IMG/VR virus record: IMGVR_UViG_3300035698_005189
Span: 34,095 to 98,094 of that record
Length of the DNA: 64,000 nucleotides
Origin: a virus
Strand: one strand, 5' to 3'
Shown: positions 26,494 through 36,186 of the stretch, in pieces
Layout of the letters: every line of letters starts with the position of its first letter
Numbering within the stretch: the stretch's first letter is position 1
Notes under the pieces: generated by a model
What the model was told of the DNA's origin: nothing
What the model saw: the letters and a program-made list of their open reading frames with translations, nothing else
The model's database searches: none
Translations under genes and position numbers: made by a program

Positions 26494-28355
26494 GAGACAG
26501 TCTCCTCGACGACGGTAGAGTCGTCTTCTCCACGGGTCACTCTCACCGACCTGGGCATGGAGGCCGACAGTCGGGGGTCATGGTCTACGACAACGACGTC
26601 GGCCACACCGACCGCTGCGATAGCAGCGGCTACGGAGGACTTACCGGCCTCATCGAGCCCGGAGAATACTTCCTCGTCAAGGACAAGAAGCGAAAGGGGC
26701 GACGCCCCGAGGGCTGAGAAGGCCCCGGCCACGGCCAGGTCGGCAGCCAGGTTGACCCGCCGCCGCTCGCCGCCGGACAGCGCCATGAGGGCGCACTCTT
26801 CCGGCTTCCCGCTCCTGAGATCAGTGACCACAGTCCGGATCTCGTCTTTCTGGGCTCCGCGTGCGGTCTTGCGGGTGGCGGGGAATGCGATCTCGAAGGC
26901 CCCATCGGACAGGGCGACGAGCCATCGGTTGGCGTCCGTAGCGATGGCCGACAAGGCGGCCTCGGACAGGTGAGCCCTGACGCCCTTAGGGCCCAAGGCA
27001 GCTTCCCATCCGGCGGCAGTGTCGCGTGCGCGTCTGGCCTGGCTGGCGGCGTAGGCGACCTGAACCAGGAGGCGCTCATCTCCGCGCAGCTTGGCCTCGG
27101 CGTCGCTAACCAGGCCGGTGTACGGGTTCTCGGCTACCTCGGCGTCAGCCAGGGTCCTGCGGGCTGTCGTCAGGGCGGCGTCGGCCAGGGCGACGGTGGA
27201 GGCTTCCGGGCGGGAGAGGGCCCGCAGCTGGGTGCTGTGGGCGACTGTCTCAACGCGCAGCCACTCGAGCGCGGAGTCCCGGGTGGCGACTGCGTCGGTG
27301 TGATAGGCCTTCAGGGCAAGGCACGCTTCGGCCTGGGTCGCCTGGGCGGTGCGCTCGGTGGCGAGTTCGGTAGCCAGGTGGCCATCGGCCCGGACCGACT
27401 CACCGCAGGTCGGGCACGGGTCCCCGACCTTGACGGCAGCCAGCTTCGCCACGGCAGCGACGTGGGCCCGGGAGGTGGCGGCTGCGATCCCGTGAGCCCG
27501 GGAGGCTTCGTTAACTGCGTCGTCGTAGGGTTGCCGGTTCAGTGACGGGGCCTCGGCCTCCTTGGCGAGAATCGCCGCAGCCAGGGTCTTGCCGGCTGCG
27601 TCGGTCGCGTGGGCAGCTGCCAGGACAGCCTCGCAGGCAAGGACAGCAGAGAGGGCTTCGGCTACCCTGGTGTCCCGTCCCTCGGCCCACGAATCGGCTC
27701 TGGCACGGATGGCGTTGACATCGGACGCCTCCACGCGGGCCCGTACGCCTCTCTCGCGCTCACCCAGGATGGCTGCCTGGCCTTCGTGCGACTTGCGGGC
27801 CTTGGAAGCTGCAGCCCGGTAGGGCTCCAGGCGCTCGGCCCCGCTGACGGCATCCACGATCTCGCGCTTCTTGGCGTCGGTCGCCTCAGCAAACGACCAC
27901 GGATCTCCCTGACCACGGAGGACGGTCCTGCAGAAGACTTCGTGTGTCCCGATCATGGCGATAAGCCCAGCCTCACCACCAGGCATCGGCTCCCATGTCT
28001 TGCCGTCCTGAGAGGCCTCGTAGATCGCTTCCTCGGCCTTCCGACCACGGCCCCGGGTCCTGGTCACCTGCAGCAACCAGTCGCCGTCGCGCATGATGAC
28101 TGCGACACAGCAAGACTTGGACCCACGACGAATCACGGAGGCACCCGACGCGCAGGACGTACCAGACCCCATCCGCTCAGGCGCTGCCTTGCCGTAAAGG
28201 CACCAGGCGAGGGCCTTGCTCGCCATCGTTGACTTGCCGGCCCCGTTCGGGCCTGTGACGGCCACCGGACCACGACCCCCGAGGGTCAGGGTCTGCGTAC
28301 CGGCTACAGGTCCGAAGTCGGTAACCTCTACGCTTTCCAGGGTCAGTCGCTTCAT
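26490..28355 (-). CDS. sbcC: SbcC/Rad50-like SMC ATPase
   Basis: GPNGAGKST, coiled coils, CPTC hook, LSGGE, VLDEE, VDH. Confidence 0.92.
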   Translation of the reverse strand: MKRLTLESVEVTDFGPVAGTQTLTLGGRGPVAVTGPNGAGKSTMASKALAWCLYGKAAPERMGSGTSCASGASVIRRGSKSCCVAVIMRDGDWLLQVTRTRGRGRKAEEAIYEASQDGKTWEPMPGGEAGLIAMIGTHEVFCRTVLRGQGDPWSFAEATDAKKREIVDAVSGAERLEPYRAAASKARKSHEGQAAILGERERGVRARVEASDVNAIRARADSWAEGRDTRVAEALSAVLACEAVLAAAHATDAAGKTLAAAILAKEAEAPSLNRQPYDDAVNEASRAHGIAAATSRAHVAAVAKLAAVKVGDPCPTCGESVRADGHLATELATERTAQATQAEACLALKAYHTDAVATRDSALEWLRVETVAHSTQLRALSRPEASTVALADAALTTARRTLADAEVAENPYTGLVSDAEAKLRGDERLLVQVAYAASQARRARDTAAGWEAALGPKGVRAHLSEAALSAIATDANRWLVALSDGAFEIAFPATRKTARGAQKDEIRTVVTDLRSGKPEECALMALSGGERRRVNLAADLAVAGAFSALGASPLSLLVLDEEVFSGLDEAGKSSVAAAIAAVGVADVVVVDHDPRLSASMPRSVRVTRGEDDSTVVEETVS

Positions 28356-29350
28356 GGTCCGGCCTCCGTCATCCCGAGTTCGTCTGCGGCGTAGGCGAGC
28401 ATGTCTGCCGGGTCGACCTGCAGCGGGTCGGGGCCGTGGGTCCTGAGCACCCATCGGATGGCAGCCTCTTCGGGGGTGTCGCCGCGCTCGACGACGCCCC
28501 GGCTGGAGCCGGTGGCGGCTGCGGTGAGGATTGGGACCCCAGCCAGGCCGGCATCGGCTATGGTCTTCGCGTGGACGTCGGCCTCCTTCCGGGTGGCCGT
28601 GGTCACTACCCTGACCTTGTCGCCCTCGCGCACCCAGTCTGGTCGCACGGGGGCTCCGTCATCCGGGTTCCATCGGATCGTGCAGTGCCTTGGGGCTCCG
28701 ATATCACCGAAGGCGACACGGCTGGGGGCGGACCCGAGGGCGGTGTCCGGCGTCACGACCAGGAACCCCTTGGTGTGGCCCTCTTCGGCAAAGGTCCGCT
28801 CGTAGGGTGAGCCGCAGTAGACGACGCGACCGACATTCTGGGGGGCGTGGTAGTGGCCAGCGATAACAACGCCCTTGGGGACGACGTCGCCCGTAGTGTC
28901 CCGCCGAGCCGAGTTCTGGTAGGCACCCCTGAAGGCTGCGTGGGTCCAGGTCAGCGGGTGAGGTGAGAGGGGTAGGGAGTCGCGGGCGGCAGCGAAGCCG
29001 CCAGCACCGGGCCACGGAACCATCGCCCCGACCTCCGTCTCTACGGGCGCGGTTACGACCGTGACTCTGGGACCGGAGAGCAAGGTCAGCGGGGTACCCC
29101 CGCAGGGAGCGATGTCGTGGTTCCCGGTCACGAGCCAGACGTGCCCAGGCCAGTCCCGCAGGCACTCGACAAGGGCGAAGACCGTGGGAACGTGCAGGGT
29201 GTCGGCCTGGTCGAAGATGTCGCCGCAGACCACGAGGTCGGCCCCGTCGAATGTCTGGGCGTGGGCCCGCATGACGCGGAAGGCCTCGACGACCCAGCCG
29301 ATAGTCATCGGGGTGACGTGAAGGTCGGCTGTGCCGAATACGTGGCGCAT
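28352..29350 (-). CDS. sbcD: SbcD/Mre11-like metallophosphoesterase nuclease
   Basis: ADLH, GDIFD, GNHD, GHYH, YCGSP. Confidence 0.92.
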   Translation of the reverse strand: MRHVFGTADLHVTPMTIGWVVEAFRVMRAHAQTFDGADLVVCGDIFDQADTLHVPTVFALVECLRDWPGHVWLVTGNHDIAPCGGTPLTLLSGPRVTVVTAPVETEVGAMVPWPGAGGFAAARDSLPLSPHPLTWTHAAFRGAYQNSARRDTTGDVVPKGVVIAGHYHAPQNVGRVVYCGSPYERTFAEEGHTKGFLVVTPDTALGSAPSRVAFGDIGAPRHCTIRWNPDDGAPVRPDWVREGDKVRVVTTATRKEADVHAKTIADAGLAGVPILTAAATGSSRGVVERGDTPEEAAIRWVLRTHGPDPLQVDPADMLAYAADELGMTEAGP

Positions 29351-29352
29351 AG

Positions 29353-30798
29353 TCACCTCGCCTCGAGGTAGAGGCCCCGGAGGGTCAGCCACAGCCGGGG
29401 GTCCTCAGACATGAGATTCGAGAGGGCGGTCCAGCCTCGGAATGACCGATTCGCTGCGCCCAGGATGGAGGGGTCTGTGAAGCTCGACCAGCCACCGCCG
29501 ACCCGGATGATTCCGCGCATCTTGAGGTCTTCGTATACAGCCCAGGCGTTGTCGGCACCACGACCGAAGATCAGGCCATACTTTTCGGTATGGAATGGCG
29601 ACTCGACCTTGTTCTTGGGAATCCTGATACGGACGATCTGCCCCATAGGTACGGGGTGGCTATCCTTGGCCGAGCCGGGAGGCAGGACTTCGCCGATCTT
29701 GTCAACCTCGATCCGGACGGTCGAGTGATACTTGATGCCGCCTCCGCCGTAGGTCTCGGACGAAGGCCCGTAGGTGTTGCGGCCCATCTTGATCGTCTCA
29801 TAGCGCTGGTTGACGAGCACAAAGGCGATAGCCTCATCATCGATCAGCTGGATGAGGCGTCGCAGGTTGGATCGGATGACCTTGGCAGCGGCTGCCGGGT
29901 GGACGTCGCGCGCCGAGCCCTCCAGCTCCTTCTCCGTGGGGGTGCCAGCGACAGAGTCCCAGGTGATGACCACCGGACGGTCGGCGGCTACAGCGAGTTC
30001 ATTCTCCCGCCCAGAGTTCCAATCCGACAGCGCGTCGGCCTTGTCTGCGGCGGTGTCGCCATACAGGATGACGGGGCGCAGCATCTCCCGGGTCAGGTTG
30101 TCCCTGATCCCGGATACCTGCATCCCTTCGTTTCGCTGAAACTGGACAAGGGCGGCAGACTGCTCACGACTCCACTTGGCGAAGGTGAACGAGGCGACCG
30201 TCTTGGGCTTGCCCTTGGGGTCGGCCGGGGGCTCGATGATCTTGTGTATGTAGGTCTGGGGCTTGCCTGGCTTGAGGCCTGCCCTCGCCATGGCAGCGAT
30301 CCAGGCGCGACAGTTGAGGTCGGCCAGCTGACGGGCCAGGACCTCGACCTCGTCAAACATCGACTCGACGGTGCGACCACCGACCCAGATCATCGAGTGA
30401 TCGAGGATGCCAAGGGTCCTCATGTAGGGGCGGGAGCGACCACGCTCACAGTCGGCCAGGACCGCCAGACCGCCGTCGGCCTGACACTGAGCCATAATCT
30501 GGTCGGCCATCGTGGACTTGCCTGCCCCGAACCAGCCAGAGATCTCGGTCACACGACCGAGGGGGATACCGGGGACCCCGAGAGCCCGGTCCAGTGCGAT
30601 GTTCCGGGTACCGACGAACCCACGCGGAGAGCCCAGGGTCTCGGACATATCCAGAGTTGTCGCCTGGTCCTCACCAAAGGCCTCCCGGAGGCTGGCAGCG
30701 ATGGACCTTGCCAGGGGGTCTACCCGCCGCTTGGGGGCAGCTGGTCGTGCTGCCTTAGATGGGCGCGGCGGGGCTGGCGGGGGTGGCGGTCGGGTCAA
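29353..30798 (-). CDS. recA: RecA/UvsX-like recombinase with ~115-aa insertion
   Basis: GRVTEISGWFGAGKST, WDSVA, VNQ, TYGGGGIKYHSTVRI, KNKVESPF. Confidence 0.92.
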   Translation of the reverse strand: MTRPPPPPAPPRPSKAARPAAPKRRVDPLARSIAASLREAFGEDQATTLDMSETLGSPRGFVGTRNIALDRALGVPGIPLGRVTEISGWFGAGKSTMADQIMAQCQADGGLAVLADCERGRSRPYMRTLGILDHSMIWVGGRTVESMFDEVEVLARQLADLNCRAWIAAMARAGLKPGKPQTYIHKIIEPPADPKGKPKTVASFTFAKWSREQSAALVQFQRNEGMQVSGIRDNLTREMLRPVILYGDTAADKADALSDWNSGRENELAVAADRPVVITWDSVAGTPTEKELEGSARDVHPAAAAKVIRSNLRRLIQLIDDEAIAFVLVNQRYETIKMGRNTYGPSSETYGGGGIKYHSTVRIEVDKIGEVLPPGSAKDSHPVPMGQIVRIRIPKNKVESPFHTEKYGLIFGRGADNAWAVYEDLKMRGIIRVGGGWSSFTDPSILGAANRSFRGWTALSNLMSEDPRLWLTLRGLYLEAR

Positions 30799-30953
30799 GC
30801 ATCACCTCTGATCTCTGCGATAAGGACCTCACGCTCGGCTTCCGTGAGGGCTGGAGGTCCTGGCCTCTCTGGCGACACGGCCTGGCAGGCGGTGGCCTCC
30901 GGACAGGGCCCGCAGGCTCTGTCGTCGGGCCACCACCTACCGAAGCACCTCAG
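30795..30953 (-). CDS. 52-aa Cys4 (putative Zn-binding) protein, CTG start
   Basis: xRCFGRWWPDDRACGPCPEATACQ...; CTGA overlap with ssb stop and TTGA overlap with recA start. Confidence 0.55.
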   Translation of the reverse strand: MRCFGRWWPDDRACGPCPEATACQAVSPERPGPPALTEAEREVLIAEIRGDA

Positions 30954-32494
30954 AAGGGCATGTCGCCGCCCGGAGGGACCGGGGGGCCGCTCGCACCTCC
31001 CGCAGCCGGCGGGGCGGGCGGACCGGGTCGCGCTGGGGCGGCGGGTGGACCCGACGACGGAGCGGCTGGCGGTCCTGGGGGAGCCGCCCGGGCGGGCGGG
31101 GCGGGAGGCCCGGCGGGAGCCACGGGCGGCGTGGGGGGACCGGCTGCCACGGGAGGCGGGGTCGGGGGCGGGGCTGGCTTGCTCCGGGCCACGAGCGCGT
31201 CGATGGCGGCCTTGACGTTCGGCACGCTGGCGGCGGGAGCCCAGTCGGCCATCCCATCGGCCCAGACGAGGTTGGGGGCGTCGGGGGCGTCGAGCACCTG
31301 GGCTGCGATAGCGCCGGCCGACTGGTCGGTCTGCGCGTCACCCAGCCCAGCGAAGTGGTAGAGCTGCTCGGTCTCGGCGGGGGCAGGGGGACCCTCTGGT
31401 GCGTAGCCACCGCCTGGCGCGTAGCCCGGGGGACCGTTGGCGAGGGGAGCCGTGGGCGCGGGTCGCTGAGCATTGACAGCGGCAGCGATCTCGGGCACGG
31501 TACCGGCGTCGACCCAGCCAGCCATCCCATCCGTCCAGACGGTGTGGGTCGCTCCCTCGGCCGAGCCCAGGACGATGCGCGCCACACCGACGGGGTCGAG
31601 GCCGTCGAACTTGCCTCCGGTGCCGTTGTAGTGGTAGGTCACGACCGATGCCGGGGGCGCGGCTGCGGGCGGTGGGCCTGCGGCGGGACGATGGGGCGTG
31701 GCGGGCGGGGGTGCCCCGGCGTCACCCATGCTGGGGCCGGTGCCTCTGGGGTCGAGCTTCCGGGCGGCGGTGGTCAGCGCGGTTGGGTCGGCCGCCTTGA
31801 CCAGCGACGACAGCTCGAGGGCTGCCTGCAGGATGGGCAGGTAGGCGTCGTCGAGGCGGCTGGAGTCGCTGCCTTCGGTGACCGCGTATTTGACGTCCAT
31901 CGCACGAGCACCGGTCTTCTCGACCTCGATCAGGATGTCGCGTCCGCTCTGGTAGTCCTCGATAGGTCCCTTGGCGACACAGATCCGGATCAGCCCGGCC
32001 TGGACGGTGGGCGAGTAGCCCATCACCTTGGGAGCCACGACCCAGCCGCCCTGCCCGTCTTCGGTCCAGTGAGACTGCGGGTTGTCGAGGTCGATGACGT
32101 TGCAGTACAGGCGACCGCGTGCTCCGATCTCCTTGGCGACGGCTTCGTAGTCGGTCCGCTTGGCCGCGAAAAGCTCACGGCGGAGGGCGCAGATAGGGCA
32201 GACCTTGGGGGCGGCGCGGTTGTCGTGGTCATCGGGGCAGGGCAGGTTCTGGAGGGCCCCGTCGATCTTGACCTTGTGGACGTAGGTACTCACCCAGAAC
32301 TTCGCCTCCGGGTTCGCTGTGTCGGGTGCTCCGTCGGACCCCTGCGGGAGGCGGGGGATGACGCGGACGCGGTTCGTGGTTCGCTGTCCCTTGCTGGCGG
32401 GGCGCTTGAACTCGAACCACGAGAAGTCGCCTCCGCCGCCTCCGCCGCCTCGCTGGGCAAGGCGCTCTTGTTCCTGTTCGTAGACACTGGACAT
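30950..32494 (-). CDS. ssb: gp32-like ssDNA-binding protein with two GYF_2-like domains
   Basis: NRVRVIP, H..CP..CPIC Zn site, RLYCNVID, GRDILI; two VWxDGMxxWxxAxxVP repeats; Pro-rich linkers; C-terminal DMPF. Confidence 0.85.
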   Translation of the reverse strand: MSSVYEQEQERLAQRGGGGGGGDFSWFEFKRPASKGQRTTNRVRVIPRLPQGSDGAPDTANPEAKFWVSTYVHKVKIDGALQNLPCPDDHDNRAAPKVCPICALRRELFAAKRTDYEAVAKEIGARGRLYCNVIDLDNPQSHWTEDGQGGWVVAPKVMGYSPTVQAGLIRICVAKGPIEDYQSGRDILIEVEKTGARAMDVKYAVTEGSDSSRLDDAYLPILQAALELSSLVKAADPTALTTAARKLDPRGTGPSMGDAGAPPPATPHRPAAGPPPAAAPPASVVTYHYNGTGGKFDGLDPVGVARIVLGSAEGATHTVWTDGMAGWVDAGTVPEIAAAVNAQRPAPTAPLANGPPGYAPGGGYAPEGPPAPAETEQLYHFAGLGDAQTDQSAGAIAAQVLDAPDAPNLVWADGMADWAPAASVPNVKAAIDALVARSKPAPPPTPPPVAAGPPTPPVAPAGPPAPPARAAPPGPPAAPSSGPPAAPARPGPPAPPAAGGASGPPVPPGGDMPF

Positions 32495-32496
32495 CG

Positions 32497-33171
32497 TTAG
32501 CTCCTGGGCTTCGGGGTTGGGGGTGGCGGCGGGCCGCCGGAAGTGCGGGCGGGGATGGGGGACCGGGGCTTCGCAGCCACCTCGTCCTCGAGGTCCGGCA
32601 GGGTGTCTGTTGTCCCGCCGTGGTAGGTGGCATCCTCGTCGCCACCGGGGGCGGGGGTGTCATCGCGGGGGGCCGCTCCACCTGAGCCGCCGGTACCCGA
32701 CCAGGACTGGATCGCCCAGCGCCGAGCGCGGGCGGCCTCGAGGGCACCGTACACGACCTCCCAGGCCTCCGTGGTCTTCGCCTTGAGGCCATAGTGGGTG
32801 CGATACTCGGGCAGGGAGCGAACGTACTTCTCCGAGGCCGATACCGCTGGGCACTTCGCCTTCGGCCCGGTGGCGCAGTCGAAGCCAGCGTTGACCGCCA
32901 TCTCGATGTCGTTGGTCAGGTCGTGGATGAGCGAGTCGCGCCAGATCCGGTAGTCGACGTCAGCCATCTCCTTGTCGCGGGCGGCGGCAGCCACCAGCCG
33001 GGCCAGTTCGCTGACCAGTTGTGGGGTCCGGTCGCCCTCGTGGTCGTGCAGCTCCGGGCTGATAGCGACCAGGGTAGCCAGGTAGGCTCCGGTGTACTCC
33101 CGCTCGCGCACGACGACGGGGGGCATTTCGATGAGGCCTGCAACCAGCAGACGGTGTGGGACTCGGCTCAT
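32497..33171 (-). CDS. UvsY-like recombination mediator (putative)
   Basis: Long helical protein between pol and ssb; EKYVRSLPEY...GALEAARAR pattern. Confidence 0.5.
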   Translation of the reverse strand: MSRVPHRLLVAGLIEMPPVVVREREYTGAYLATLVAISPELHDHEGDRTPQLVSELARLVAAAARDKEMADVDYRIWRDSLIHDLTNDIEMAVNAGFDCATGPKAKCPAVSASEKYVRSLPEYRTHYGLKAKTTEAWEVVYGALEAARARRWAIQSWSGTGGSGGAAPRDDTPAPGGDEDATYHGGTTDTLPDLEDEVAAKPRSPIPARTSGGPPPPPTPKPRS

Positions 33172-35231
33172 AGGGCGATCTCCTTCTTGTCGGCCCACGA
33201 AGTTGTAGTGACCGACGGCTTAGCGATAATCGGGGTACGGCCAAAGCGACCCACGAAGGGCTCTTCCATATGACGCATAGTCCCGTAGGCGACTGTCTTT
33301 ACGTCCTCGAGGGCGCAGTCAACGTGAATCTCATCGTGAACGGTGCCCGTCGGCTTGCCCCGGAGGGTCCCGGCCTTGTTGGCGAGCCACATCCCGACGA
33401 TAGCATAGCGGGTCAGCTCACCGGCGGCTCCCTGGATTAGGGACGCGAAGGCCTCCCGGATGGCTGCCCCAGCGGCTCCGCGTGGGGGCCAGCCGACGTT
33501 AGCGACATGCCGCTTGCGGCCAGTCCAGTTGACGAAGAAGGGGCCCTTGCCGTCGCCACGGTCCATCCTGAGCATGGACTCCACCAGGCGCTTCTTGGTC
33601 GCGTGGACCTCGGGATTCGCCCTCTCGTACCTGTCGAGGTAGTCGCGGGCCTGGGCCTCGGTCAGCATGAGGTCGGGGTTGGCCTGCAGTCCTGGGGGAC
33701 CCATCCCGTATGGGACGCCGAAGTTGATCGGCTTGGCGCAGGGTCGCTTGGCCTTCATCACAGCCGGGTCCCGCAGGGCCTCTGGCCACATCGCCCCAGC
33801 AACGTCCCGATGGATATCGGCTTCCGTCTCACCGGCCCTCATGAGGATGTAGCCGTCGTAGTCCACACCATTCGCGCAGTAGTAGTCGTAGGCAGGCGAG
33901 GCGTAGGCCTGCTGGAGGATCTTGCCGTCGGTATGATGCCCAAGGACCCGCAGCTCCACCTGGGAGTAGTCGCACAGGACGCGAGCACGACCGGGCTCGA
34001 TGTAGAAGGCTCGCCTGACGGCAGGACCCATGACAGGATGGCGGTTCGGTAGGTTGTGGAGTGTCGGGTCGGCTTCAGCGAAGCGACCCGTACGGGTACC
34101 AGCCTGCCTGACTGTGGTATGGACACGACCGTCAGCCCCTGCGTACCAGGCCAGCCCCTTGGTGTAGGTGGTCCTGACTCGCTGTCGGATCTTCCATTCA
34201 GCCAGCTCAGCGATGCTGGGGTGTACGTCCCGCATCATGAGAAGAGCGCCCTTGTCGACCGACGGGAGCTTCGCCTTGCCCTTGGTGCGCTTCTTGACGG
34301 GGGCCTTCAGATGGTTGTAGAGCAAGTCGCGGATGGCGTTGTCGTTCGACCAGTCGAGGTTGACCCCGAATCCCTGCCGCAGGAGGGCACCCCGGCGGGC
34401 GAGGTCGTCGTCAAGTTCATTAGCGAAGCGGTGCAGGTAGTCGACGTCCAGCGCCTGGCCCTCGTATTCGAGGTCGGCCAGCGCCCGTACCAGCAGCATT
34501 TCGTTGGCGTACAGAATGAGTCGCTTACGCTCCCAGGACTCACCGAGACCCATGGCCTCCCGGCGCTGGTGTCGGTCGAGTAGCAGGGCGTGGGCGACGT
34601 CCCGGCAGGCGTACTCAGCCTCGATGCCGACTGGTACCTCGGAGTGACCGAAGGCTGACAGGTACGACTGGATGCCGCGCTCGGTGTCATCCTTGTAGAG
34701 GGTCATTCGTCTCGACTTGGCCAGGTCTCGCAGGACACCCTCGACGCCCGACTTCGACTCGTAGGGGTCCCATGGGGAGATCTGCGCCTGGGCCGCCAGC
34801 GATTCGAGGTTGATTAGGCGCTCTTCGTAGATCAGGTGCCCCTGGATCATCGAGTCGTGGATAGCGGCTTCGTCGGGCATTGGGTGGCCAGCGGCCCGGG
34901 CCATGTTGAGGTCGAACTTGATGTTCTGGCCGACCAGCTCTTCGGCTCCCTCGAGGGCGTCGTCGAATGCCTCCCAGGCGGTTGTCGGGTTGGCCTGGAC
35001 GTCGCAGGTACGGTGCCCGAAGGGGACGTACCACGCCCGATGTGAGCCGTCGTCTTCAAGGAACCCGAGGGAGTAGCCGATTGGGCGGTCGCCGTTGGCG
35101 TACCGGAGGCCGGTGGTCTCGAAGTCGACTCCGCGCTTCCGGTGGCGAACGAGAGAAGCCACCATCGTAGCCAGTTGGGCTCCGGTGGTGGCGAGTTGAT
35201 GCCTCTGGTCGAGGTGGGCAGGGATGATCAC
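33168..35231 (-). CDS. polA: DNA polymerase family A with 3'-5' exonuclease
   Basis: DFETTG, NIKFD, YACRD; DYSQVELR (A), KPINFGVPYG (B), VHDEI (C); GTGA-coupled start. Confidence 0.95.
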   Translation of the reverse strand: MIIPAHLDQRHQLATTGAQLATMVASLVRHRKRGVDFETTGLRYANGDRPIGYSLGFLEDDGSHRAWYVPFGHRTCDVQANPTTAWEAFDDALEGAEELVGQNIKFDLNMARAAGHPMPDEAAIHDSMIQGHLIYEERLINLESLAAQAQISPWDPYESKSGVEGVLRDLAKSRRMTLYKDDTERGIQSYLSAFGHSEVPVGIEAEYACRDVAHALLLDRHQRREAMGLGESWERKRLILYANEMLLVRALADLEYEGQALDVDYLHRFANELDDDLARRGALLRQGFGVNLDWSNDNAIRDLLYNHLKAPVKKRTKGKAKLPSVDKGALLMMRDVHPSIAELAEWKIRQRVRTTYTKGLAWYAGADGRVHTTVRQAGTRTGRFAEADPTLHNLPNRHPVMGPAVRRAFYIEPGRARVLCDYSQVELRVLGHHTDGKILQQAYASPAYDYYCANGVDYDGYILMRAGETEADIHRDVAGAMWPEALRDPAVMKAKRPCAKPINFGVPYGMGPPGLQANPDLMLTEAQARDYLDRYERANPEVHATKKRLVESMLRMDRGDGKGPFFVNWTGRKRHVANVGWPPRGAAGAAIREAFASLIQGAAGELTRYAIVGMWLANKAGTLRGKPTGTVHDEIHVDCALEDVKTVAYGTMRHMEEPFVGRFGRTPIIAKPSVTTTSWADKKEIAL

Positions 35232-35593
35232 GCTGCGCCAGAAGCAGCGACACCCGCCCACGCGGCGAGCTGCCGACCGTAGGCGGGATCTGTCAGGGCT
35301 GAGGCGAGGTGGTCTGGCGTGACCTCCACGATACCAGCCCTCCCAGTGAGCGCTCCGACAAGGTGGACTGTCACTCCGTTGGCCACGAGCAAGACCTCTG
35401 CGACCGGCTCCCATCCGTCGCCGACGTCACCGAAGACGGAGAGGCTGAAGCCGTGGGGGGCCGGCAGGACTCGCGTCGTGTCGGGGGTCCGGGGGTCGCC
35501 CGTCTCCCGTCGCAGGTCAACCACAGTCACAGGTCGCGCCCTGACGTCAACACGATCAGGGGGGACTTCTCCGTAGCGGGTTTCACCGAACAC
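35228..35593 (-). CDS. Hypothetical protein
   Basis: GTG after GGAGG. Confidence 0.55.
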   Translation of the reverse strand: MFGETRYGEVPPDRVDVRARPVTVVDLRRETGDPRTPDTTRVLPAPHGFSLSVFGDVGDGWEPVAEVLLVANGVTVHLVGALTGRAGIVEVTPDHLASALTDPAYGRQLAAWAGVAASGAA

Positions 35594-35876
35594 GACGCCT
35601 CCTCGCTCGCAGCCCAAAGAAACGGCTGCCGCTGAGATACCTGTCGCCGGTGACTGCGTAGGTCACCTCGGATAGAGTCCGTACTCGACGACCCTCCCAC
35701 TGAAACCGCCACCAGCCATTTTTAACGACTGCGGCGGCGGTGTACTTGCCCTGGGTCCGGGGAGGCCTGATGATCGTCACCTCAACGAGGCGGCCCTTCC
35801 AGACGCGGCGGAGGACGGTTCCGAACGGGAGGTCTCGGGGGCGCAGGTCGACTGGGGGGCGCAGGGGGCCTGACAT
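35583..35876 (-). CDS. DUF2924 domain protein
   Basis: GTVLRRVWKGRLVEV...FQWEGRRVRTLSEVTYAVTG...SGSRFFGL; AAGGAG RBS. Confidence 0.85.
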   Translation of the reverse strand: MSGPLRPPVDLRPRDLPFGTVLRRVWKGRLVEVTIIRPPRTQGKYTAAAVVKNGWWRFQWEGRRVRTLSEVTYAVTGDRYLSGSRFFGLRARRRRVR

Positions 35877-36186
35877 TCGTACTCCTTTCCGGGCAGGTCG
35901 CACCACGGCGGCTACGCCACGACCCAGCGATGTAGTCCTGGTTCGCGTCCGACCACGCAGCCACAGCCTCCGAGTGAGAGCGACACAGGTAGGCTCCACT
36001 CTTATCGTGATACCCACAGCCGGCGCAGGTCGACTCCGCCTTCGGCCAGGAGGTCGAGGACGGGGTGGCCTTACGATAGCATGGCGGGGCGGGGACTGAC
36101 CTCTTAGCCGATGACCTACGGGGGGCCGGTGGCGGCGGCGTGGCGGGCGGAGCCCTGCGGGGCGGGGGAGGCGGGGGAGGCCTCAC
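35782..36186 (-). CDS. Pro-rich Cys-containing protein
   Basis: GTGA-coupled; MRPPPPPPPRR...CY...CAGC...C; overlaps DUF2924 gene by 95 nt. Confidence 0.5.
   Translation of the reverse strand: MRPPPPPPPRRAPPATPPPPAPRRSSAKRSVPAPPCYRKATPSSTSWPKAESTCAGCGYHDKSGAYLCRSHSEAVAAWSDANQDYIAGSWRSRRGATCPERSTNVRPPAPPSRPAPPRPPVRNRPPPRLEGPPR

Noticed and set aside
7988-28355. Wadjet/SMC defence system from TOPRIM protein + SMC ATPase
   Set aside because: The ATPase is a Zn-hook SbcC paired with SbcD, about 17 kb from the TOPRIM gene; no kleisin/KITE subunits
29980-30324. RecA insertion as an intein
   Set aside because: No terminal HN-C/S/T junction or LAGLIDADG motif
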